Shown piece by piece: positions 9,198 to 17,300 of a stretch of 64,000 nucleotides of DNA. Origin of the DNA: Chlorobiota bacterium (lineage in GTDB: Bacteria > Bacteroidota > Ignavibacteria > OLB7); the NCBI GenBank assembly GCA_963711465.1, contig CAVQEG010000001.1:1241699-1305698 (forward strand), read 5' to 3'. The stretch's first letter is position 1, and every line of letters begins with the position of its first letter. The position numbers and the translations under genes were made by a program. The notes beneath the pieces were generated by a model, which saw nothing but the letters and a program-made list of their open reading frames with translations, ran no database searches and was not told the DNA's origin.

Positions 9198-10640
9198 TCA
9201 GCGAATGGGCGCAATGGCAGGTATGGCGTCCGGCGACGTCAGCATGCGCGTGTCCTCCGGTTCGACGGTCCTGCTTCCTGATGTACCGAAGTGGCGCGTC
9301 GCGGCCACGACGACACAGCGACTGTAGAAGCGTCCCTCAGGCAGATCGTTGTCGCACAGATCGTACGGTCCGCGACCGCTGACGGTGGCGCCGGCGCGAC
9401 GCAGATTCAGTGCGACCAGCCGCGCGCGCCGATCGGTCAGATCGTGACTCCGCGCGTCGTCGCTGGTCAGATCGGTGTAGGCGGTGATCGAAATCGATGC
9501 GTCGTCGGGAAGCTCCGATGCGATCGAAGCGACGACGCGCCGATTGAGTTCATTGAAGTCGGCACGGTTGGGATCGAGCCAGACGATCGAATACGTATCG
9601 GTCTGCGCATCGCGCTCACCCGACTTCCGCTTCTTTGCGACCGTGAGCACATGCACCGGAAGCTGCTGGCACTGCGCAACCACTTCCTGTCCGCCGCCTC
9701 CGTGCACGACCAGTTCGGCGCGGAGCGTCGATGCTCGGCGCAGTGCATCCGACGACAGCGCCGTCAGATCCAGGTCGATGCTCTCCGGCGGCCGCCCGTC
9801 ACCGTCGATGTGGGCGAGCTCCTCATCGCGTTCGTTGCGAAGCACCAGCTGCCAGCCCTTCGCGTTGAACGAATCCGGCTGGTTTGCATAGATGCGCAGA
9901 CGCTGCGGCGCGATCTGGGTCGTGGTGTCCACGAGACGCACCGGCTCGAGGATGTCGAAGGAGCTCGCGTAGATCTCCACACGGCGGTTCTCCTCACGAC
10001 CAGCGGAGGTGCGGTTGTTCGAGGGAATCTCCGGGAGCAGCCGACTGTCGATGCTGATCCGAGCCGTGTCGATTCCGAACGACGCGCTCAGGTAGCGGCG
10101 CACCGACTCCGCCCTGCGTCGCGCCAGCCGGGCGGTTTCGCCGAACTCCGGTTCGTCGGAACTGGTGCCGACCAGCGTCAGCTGTGCGGCGGGCAACTGG
10201 CTCAGGCGGCGCCCGACGATGTTGAGCACGTCATGGTACACCGCGAGCTGTTCGCTCGACCGCGCACCGCGCGGCGCCACGCCGGGTTCGCCAGTGCGCC
10301 GATACCGCGCCGGAAGTTCGTCCGAACCACGATCGAAGAAGACGTAGTTGAGCAGTGGCTGCAGACGCGTCGAGGCGAATTCCTCGACGCGAACGCCGGT
10401 GATCGGTTCCTCCCGACCATTGCCCCGCACGCCGACAGCAACCAGTGGGGTTCCGAACTGTGTCGAGGGCGAAGATGCCACACGCAGTGCGCGCACCGGC
10501 GACATCGAAGCGGGAGCGTACGACGCGGTGGACGTGGCGCGGGAGGTGCTCGCAACGCCGTCGACGCGTTGTGCATGAACGACGCTCGCGCTCAGTAGTG
10601 AAGTAAGAGCTAGCAGTGGGTAGACGAATCGCGGTCTCAT
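9198..10640 (-). CDS. Tandem OmpA_C-like (peptidoglycan-binding) domain protein, secreted
   Basis: Signal peptide MRPRFVYPLLALTSLLSASVVHAQ, with the true ATG at 10640. Domain 1 is FFDRGSDELPARY…LVGTSSDEPE…ARRRAESVRRYL…ENRRVEIY. Domain 2 is ITAYTDLTSDD…RRARLVALNL…NDLPEGRFYSRCVVV. It is a paralogue of 12391-13500. Confidence 0.65.
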   Translation of the reverse strand: MRPRFVYPLLALTSLLSASVVHAQRVDGVASTSRATSTASYAPASMSPVRALRVASSPSTQFGTPLVAVGVRGNGREEPITGVRVEEFASTRLQPLLNYVFFDRGSDELPARYRRTGEPGVAPRGARSSEQLAVYHDVLNIVGRRLSQLPAAQLTLVGTSSDEPEFGETARLARRRAESVRRYLSASFGIDTARISIDSRLLPEIPSNNRTSAGREENRRVEIYASSFDILEPVRLVDTTTQIAPQRLRIYANQPDSFNAKGWQLVLRNERDEELAHIDGDGRPPESIDLDLTALSSDALRRASTLRAELVVHGGGGQEVVAQCQQLPVHVLTVAKKRKSGERDAQTDTYSIVWLDPNRADFNELNRRVVASIASELPDDASISITAYTDLTSDDARSHDLTDRRARLVALNLRRAGATVSGRGPYDLCDNDLPEGRFYSRCVVVAATRHFGTSGSRTVEPEDTRMLTSPDAIPAIAPIR

Positions 10641-11074
10641 CGTGCTGCCTCCATCGAATGACGATGTAGTCGTGAGGGAGCGAGTGGTATCCGGGAAACT
10701 TCGGGGTGTGGACTCGCTGGACCTGTGTGGGATTTGGACCAAGTGTCGCGTCGGTCGTCTGCGGACCACGCGACGGATATATGGACAACGTCTCCGGACG
10801 CGGGAAGTTTGCGCCGGTGGCTGATCATGGACCTCAAAGACCGTGGGCAACCTACCACGCGGCGGGAACGGGAACTGCATTAATTCGTAAGACACCGGCG
10901 CGACGGGAGCGGATACTTGCCACCGACAGTGCATCCGCTACATTTGCGGTGGCACGAACGAACCTCTCACCATTCCCCTGTCCGGTATAACGCTCGAGCC
11001 GGGTTGGACGTCACGGCCCCCGACAGAATCCCCGTCGTTCGTACCCCTGAGCGCTGCCGGCTGACAGCCAACGC

Positions 11075-12274
11075 ATGATCCGCCGCATTCTCCCTCTCGC
11101 GATGCTCCTGGTGGCATCGGCGGCCCCCGCCCTCTCACAGCCAGCGACGATCCGGGTGGCCACCTACAACGTTCTCAACTTCTCCGGCAATGAGGGCACC
11201 AACGCCTGGCACCGCATCGGCGACTTCCGCACGGTGCTGAGTCGGATCGATCCCGACATCCTGCTCGTCCAGGAGATGGTCAATCCGAGCGGAGCCCAGG
11301 TGTTTCTCGATTCGGTGATGAGCTTCCGGGCCAATTACGCCGCCTTCGGAACCGAGTACCTCGACGGCTGCGACGAAGCGCTGTTCATCGACACGGCACG
11401 CGTGGAATTTCTCCGGGCCGTCGTGCACGATCGTGCGTTGCGCGACATCATCGAGTACGTGCTGGTGATTCGGCAGAGCAATGACACGCTGCACGCGTTC
11501 GACGCGCATCTGAAAGCGGGCGACGCCTCGGCCGACGCCGAACAGCGCACCACCGAGGTCGATCCTCTGCACGACGAAATGGGTAGCATTCCGTTCGGAG
11601 ATTACTACCTCCTGGCCGGTGATCTCAACGTGTACACGAGTGATGAAGCGGCCTATCAGTCGCTTACCTCCGGCACGAACGGCGGTCGATTCACCGATCC
11701 GATCGATCGTCCCGGCGACTGGCACAATCACTCGGAGTTCGCCGACATTTTCACCCAGTCACCCCGCACCCGCCAGTTCGACGGCGGCATCAACGGCGGT
11801 ATGGATGACAGGTTCGACTTCATCCTCGTCTCTCCGGAACTGCGAGCGCGCTTTCTGAGCGGTTCCTATACCGCCTTCGGCAACGACGGACACCACATGA
11901 ACGATTCGATCAACCAGATGCCGAACGATGCGGTCGACCTCACCACTGCCAACGCGTTGCACTACGCCAGCGATCACATTCCGGTCTACGCCGACTTCGC
12001 GTTCGATTCGCGCTTCAGCGGCGTGGCGGCTGCGTCGTCAAACGATCGGATGCGCGTCGCGCCGCTTCCTGCATCGGGAGTCGTGCGGATCGGTGATGCG
12101 ACACTTCGTGCGATTTCGCTTATCGACCTCAACGGCCGGACCGTTCGGCGCGTGTCAGCATCGGGCGGTCGGATTCGTCTGGACGTCTCCGACCTGCCGA
12201 GCGGACTCTACGAGATCCGTGCGACCGACCGCGACGGGACCGTCCGCAGGCTCACTCTGCCGGTGGTGCACTGA
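11075..12274 (+). CDS. Secreted EEP-family hydrolase (nuclease/phosphatase) with T9SS type-A C-terminal sorting domain
   Basis: Signal peptide, then canonical EEP motifs (IRVATYNVLNF, DILLVQEM, LAGDLNVY, SDHIPVYADF). The last ~80 aa (…SGLYEIRATDRDGTVRRLTLPVVH) resemble a T9SS C-terminal domain. Confidence 0.7.
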   Translation: MIRRILPLAMLLVASAAPALSQPATIRVATYNVLNFSGNEGTNAWHRIGDFRTVLSRIDPDILLVQEMVNPSGAQVFLDSVMSFRANYAAFGTEYLDGCDEALFIDTARVEFLRAVVHDRALRDIIEYVLVIRQSNDTLHAFDAHLKAGDASADAEQRTTEVDPLHDEMGSIPFGDYYLLAGDLNVYTSDEAAYQSLTSGTNGGRFTDPIDRPGDWHNHSEFADIFTQSPRTRQFDGGINGGMDDRFDFILVSPELRARFLSGSYTAFGNDGHHMNDSINQMPNDAVDLTTANALHYASDHIPVYADFAFDSRFSGVAAASSNDRMRVAPLPASGVVRIGDATLRAISLIDLNGRTVRRVSASGGRIRLDVSDLPSGLYEIRATDRDGTVRRLTLPVVH

Positions 12275-12390
12275 GAACAGCGACCACGAGGACGCCGATC
12301 GAACACGCGTCGACAGCGACTTCAGAAGTGAACGGAACGGTGGTGGAACCGAGCCAGGGGCCGGGCGAATCCCGACGGCTGGTGAGACGG

Positions 12391-13500
12391 CTACCGTGCC
12401 TCCGGCGGGACGGACGGCTTCGGACCGCGGGTGATGAGAATCCGGACCGATCGTGAGAGAATTCGCCCCTCCGGAAGATCGTTCGGGAACAGGCGATCAT
12501 CCGAACCCGAGACGACGTCCACCCGGGCCTCCGACCCGAGGAGTCCCCGAAGAACGTCGGCGACACCTTCCGCGCGGCGCCGGGCGAGATCGAGATTCCC
12601 CTCGGCGCTGCCGATGCGATCGGTGAATCCCTGCACTTGCACGCGAGCGCCGGGCGGGACGCCGCTGGCGATGCGACGCAGTTCACTGCGGTGCACAGCG
12701 CTCGGATCGGCGACGTCGTAATCGAATGCCACCAGCAGCGTCGCGACACGATCGGCCTCGGCTCCACTGTGCAGGCGCACCGAGTGTTCGACCACGAGTG
12801 GAAGTCGCGCCAGCGACGAGTCGGCCACGCCGGTTGAATCCACCGCAATGAGTTCTGCCACGAGTGTATCGATCGAGGAGGTTCCCACCGTTGACGGAAT
12901 CGCCCACTCGAACGACGGAGCAGCGTTGGCGATCGAGTCACTGGAGAAGACGACGACCGGACGTTCGCCGTCATCGATCGACAGTGTCCATCGGCGTACG
13001 CCGGCTTCGGCGGTGATGATCGGCTCGAGTTGAATTCGAGGCGGATCGAACGAACGGTCGATGTGTTCGCCGTATACCGGCGAGAGAATCGCCGAGTCGG
13101 CTGCAAGCAGTTCGACCCGCCGGTTCTCCGCTCGTCCGTCGGCGGTGATCTCCCGAGCGGCGGAAATCCGACCGGTGCCCGTATCGACGGTGATCTGCTC
13201 GGTGGAGACGCCGAATCGCTCGCTGAGCACGCGGGCGACTGCCTCCGCCCGCTGCAGCGCCAGGCCTCGCGGCTCCTCACCCGAGGACATACCGCGCAGG
13301 ATGACGTGCGCCGCCGGCGTCGCGCGCAGTCGCGACGCAACCGTCGACAGCATCCCGTGGTTCAGCCGAAGCGGATCCGACGTGGTGTCCGATCCCGAGA
13401 TGACAGGTGCGAGAAAGCGTGCGGGCACGTCCGCCTGCGCCGAGTCGAAGAACACGACCGGAAGCAGAGGGGTCACGCTGCGTTCGATCGATTCGCTCAC
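12391..13500 (-). CDS. Tandem OmpA_C-domain protein (paralogue of 9198-10640), apparently translationally coupled to the upstream beta-barrel gene
   Basis: FFDSAQADVPARF…ILRGMSSGEE…LQRAEAVARVL…ENRRVELL forms the first domain. A second domain ends in NDLPEGRILSRSVRILI. The only start not buried in the upstream gene is GTG at 13500, inside a GTGA stop/start overlap, and there is no signal peptide of its own. Confidence 0.55.
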   Translation of the reverse strand: MSESIERSVTPLLPVVFFDSAQADVPARFLAPVISGSDTTSDPLRLNHGMLSTVASRLRATPAAHVILRGMSSGEEPRGLALQRAEAVARVLSERFGVSTEQITVDTGTGRISAAREITADGRAENRRVELLAADSAILSPVYGEHIDRSFDPPRIQLEPIITAEAGVRRWTLSIDDGERPVVVFSSDSIANAAPSFEWAIPSTVGTSSIDTLVAELIAVDSTGVADSSLARLPLVVEHSVRLHSGAEADRVATLLVAFDYDVADPSAVHRSELRRIASGVPPGARVQVQGFTDRIGSAEGNLDLARRRAEGVADVLRGLLGSEARVDVVSGSDDRLFPNDLPEGRILSRSVRILITRGPKPSVPPEAR

Positions 13501-14345
13501 GCGAATTCGTGCAAATTGTGCCGGGTTGCCGTCGGCGTCGATAGTCGCGCCCGCTGCGGGGGCACGTCGGCGGGCGTTGCCGGCTGTGTGATCCGGACCG
13601 GACGGTCGAACATCACGTCGAGACCAACGCCAACGCGCCGGGTACTCCATGCGTCACCGCGGTCGGTGGCCGCTTCGACATCCGACAGATCGAGTCGGGG
13701 ATAGAGGGCCCACCCCCGTCCGATGTCGATTCTGCGACGCACGACCAGACCCGCACCGATCGAAAGTCCGGGCGCAGGTACGCTCGAACGCGCCAGCTCG
13801 TGCTGTCGGGATCCGTCATCGAACGCCACGTCACCGGGACCGAGCACGGCGTCGGTGACGGTCGAGGAACCACCGATACGCAGAGACGCTATTGCCTCGA
13901 GCGCGAATTCCCATCGGGAGATTGGGCACCAGCCCGCTCCGAACGTAGCGTTGATCGCGTTGGTGAATGCAGTCAGGCGGTACTCCCGATCGACGTCGAC
14001 CAACGCATCGCTGACGGCATCGTAAATCAACTGACGACCGACCGGCGCGGCCGTAAATGACGATCGGTCAAAGGTCCATCCGAGCGAACCGCACAGCGCC
14101 AGTCGCGAAGTCAGTGCGTAGTGAACCCGAAAAGCCGCGAGTACCCCGAGCGACCACCCGCCGTCGAAAGCGCCACATGCGTCGGAACCCTCGAACACGG
14201 CGATGTGCCCCGCATCGAGCGATGCCCCCACGACAAGACCGCCCCCATAGGCGAGTGGCCCACTGGTCGTATCGATCTGGCCGAAGCTCGGTTTGATTGT
14301 AGCGGTTACGAGCACCGCGATGACGGCGAGGCGAAGTGAATACAT
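13497..14345 (-). CDS. Outer-membrane beta-barrel protein (OMP_b-brl/PorP-SprF-like size class)
   Basis: Signal peptide MYSLRLAVIAVLVTATIKPSFGQ, with the ATG at 14345 (the ORF-track start at 14378 adds 11 aa). Amphipathic beta-strand alternation runs throughout its ~280 aa. The stop overlaps the GTG of the OmpA-domain gene. Confidence 0.5.
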   Translation of the reverse strand: MYSLRLAVIAVLVTATIKPSFGQIDTTSGPLAYGGGLVVGASLDAGHIAVFEGSDACGAFDGGWSLGVLAAFRVHYALTSRLALCGSLGWTFDRSSFTAAPVGRQLIYDAVSDALVDVDREYRLTAFTNAINATFGAGWCPISRWEFALEAIASLRIGGSSTVTDAVLGPGDVAFDDGSRQHELARSSVPAPGLSIGAGLVVRRRIDIGRGWALYPRLDLSDVEAATDRGDAWSTRRVGVGLDVMFDRPVRITQPATPADVPPQRARLSTPTATRHNLHEFA

Positions 14346-14374
14346 GGATGAATTGTCGAATGGGTCGTCGAGTT

Positions 14375-17300
14375 TCACCGCACGATCAGCAGCGGAACAC
14401 TCTCACGTTCCTCCGCCGTGCGCAATTCGATTGTGTAGAGGCCCGAGGCCAGATCCGACACGTCCACGACCATCGTCTGCTCCTGGCTTATGCCCGTCGG
14501 CAGCTCGATCGCACGCGTCGTGCGGCCCAGCATGTCGCTGATCACCACCCGGGGCGCCGCATGCTCCGGTGCACGCCACGAGATCCGCACCGACCCCGTC
14601 GCCGGGTTCGGCTCCACACGCGTCAGCCGCGCCAGACGGCCGAAGCCGGTCCCGCGGCCTATGTCGCACCCGCTGAGCAGCACCAGGCCGTCGTGGCCTT
14701 CGGAGCCCCGAAGCGTCGACGCGCCGTCGCGGAGCTCGATGGTCGCAAACGCGATCACGTTCTGTGGCTGGCCCGTCACCAACCCCCGCATCTGCAGCAC
14801 GAACAGCGTGTCGCCGAGCAACGCCGTCCCCTCGGCCACGCCGTCGATCCGCACTCTCCCGGGGCCCAGTCGCCGCAGCGTCACCGGCCCCATCGGGCTG
14901 CTCGCCGACTCGACGTACAACGCCCGCGGGTCCATTGCCACCTCCGCCGTGAACGACCCGATGTCGTCGGTGCCCGCCAGTGCTGCATCCAGCCGCGCCA
15001 CCACATCGAACGCTTCGCCTGCCGCTGCCGCAACCGTGTCGAGCCGTACCTGCAGCGCCTCTGACTCAATGCCATCGCCCTGAAGATCGACCCACCCGTG
15101 CACGCCGTCATCGAGCACCGCCTCGAGCCGCGCCGTGTGACTGCCGACGGTCTGCGGCGTGAACGCCAGTCCGGTGTGGTAGTATTCGCCCGGACCGAGT
15201 GTGCGAGCTGCGCTCGAATCGACGCCGAACGTTGTCGCCTCAGCGCCGCCCAGCCTCAGCGTCACCACCGTCACCGCTCGCGTCGAGACATTGCGGACCC
15301 GAAGCGTATCGCTTGCACGTCGCGTCGTCCCCACCACCACGCGGCCGAAGTCGATCGCCGACGGCTGCAGCTCCAGCCCGACCGTATCACCAATACCCGT
15401 CAGCGTCACCGCCGGTTCCGATGGTGATGAATTCTGAATGTGAAGCACCGCCGTGCGCGCCCCCACCGCCACCGGCGCGAACCACGCGTCGAGCCACACC
15501 GTGTCGGCACCCTCCGGCGACAATGCGAACGGCGCGGTGCCCGGAACCACGAACGAACCCGTGTCCCCGTCCAGTGTGATCGCCAGAACCGTCGCCGGAG
15601 CGCTCCCTCGATTGGTCAGCCCGACGGCACGCGGTCCGACCGTGTCACCGAGATCGACGCGGCCGAAGTCCACCCGTCGCGTCAGCGCAACAACACCCGG
15701 CTCTACCGCCTGTCCGCCGAGTCCCACCGTCCAGCCCGCACCCGAGGCCGACTCCAGCCGAAGACGACTCTGCATCGCTCCCAGCTCCGTCGGCACCCAC
15801 CGAAGACACACCTCCACCGCCACCGAATCGACCAGCACAACCGGTGTTGTCAGCGGCTGGATGATCGACACCGACGGATCTTCGCTCGTGATCCGCGTGA
15901 TCTCGATCGGCCGGCACGACGGGTTCATCAGCTCCACGCACACCTCCGCCGTGTCGCCGACCGCCACCCGTGCGAACCACACCGAGTCCGGATCGCGAAC
16001 GACTTCCGCGACCGCCGAGGCGTTCCCGCGTAGCGCCACATGCCGATCCCCCTGATCGGTTTGCACCGTCAGTTCGGCCGACGACCATCCCGACGCCGCC
16101 GTCGGCGCGAAGCGCACGCTGTCGACCCGCGTCTCCCCCGGACCGATCAGCACGTTCGACGCCGCCGGCGACTGATAGTCCCCGACCGGCGAGATCGCGT
16201 ACCCCTCGAGTACTAGTGGCTCGCTGCCGTCGTTGTGCACCTCCACGGCGGCAGCCGGACGCTCCCCCGGAAGCACGCACGTGAACCCGATCGTATCCGG
16301 TGCGACACGCACATCATGCTCGACGCCACGACCGCGCAGCCCGACCTCCACCGTCGAGCCGTCGTCGCCACCGCCGCTCCAGTCCGCGCTGTCAGCCGCC
16401 ACACGCGTCGGACAGTACTCCACCACGATCCTCACCGTCGTTCCCGCCGCCAGCTCCTGCGGAAGCGCCGTCGGTGCAATCACCCGGAACGTCCCCGTCG
16501 GAACTCCCGCAAGCATCTGCACCGACGAGCGATTCAGTCCCACGCTGCTCGTCCCCACGTTGCGCACGCTGAACGAGTCCCGAGCACACGTCCCGACATC
16601 CACCGCCCCGAAGTCCAGCTCAACTGTCGACGCCGCAAGCACACCCCGAATGCCCCGGCCCCGAACCTGGACCACACGCGTCGGTGCATCGCTGCACCGA
16701 ACCTCGATCGCGTCGCTCACCGTCTCCTCCGACGTCGGACAGAACCGCACCCGCACCTGCACCGTGTCTCCCGGCTCCAGTCGCCGAGCGCCGCCAGACC
16801 ACGTCACCGTGACCGCGCTGCCGTCGACCGCCACGATCGTCTGCACCGTCACCGCCACGCTCCCGTCGTTGCCCACCACGATCAGCGTGTCGCGGCACGA
16901 ACCCACCGGCACATCACCGAAGTCCAGCCTCGCCGGCGCCCTCAGGTGCCGCTCGATCCCCACCCCGTGCAGCGCCACGAGCGTCGACCGCCCGTCGGCC
17001 GTGCCGTCGCTCCGAATCGACAGCTGCTCGGACGTCTCGCCGCTCAACTGCGGGCAGAAGCGAATCGTCACCGCAACCGAATCATCCGCCGCAACCTCGA
17101 ACGGCACCGATGGCGACGTCACCGCGAACGTCCCCGGCGTCAGCGACAGCCCCGTCACCCTCAGCGCGAATCGCCCGGGATTGCGGACCACGAACCGGCC
17201 CTCGCGACAGCTGTCGACCTCCACTTCGCCGAACTCCACCGTTGTCGGCTCCACCGCGATCCCCGGAGCACCGGCACACCCCTGCAGCACCACCGCACGG

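Noticed and set aside
9291-10598. 435-aa plus-strand ORF
   Set aside because: Antisense to the OmpA-domain gene.
12252-13340. 362-aa minus-strand ORF overlapping the OmpA-domain gene in another frame
   Set aside because: It is out of frame with a gene that has canonical OmpA_C motifs. Ser/Arg/Pro-rich.
13497-14378. ORF-track start of the beta-barrel gene at 14378 and of the OmpA gene at 13650
   Set aside because: The 14378 start would place 11 residues before the signal peptide and overlap the adhesin stop, so the ATG at 14345 is preferred. The 13650 start would overlap the barrel gene by 154 nt, so the GTG at 13500 (GTGA coupling) is preferred, with a frameshift as the alternative explanation.
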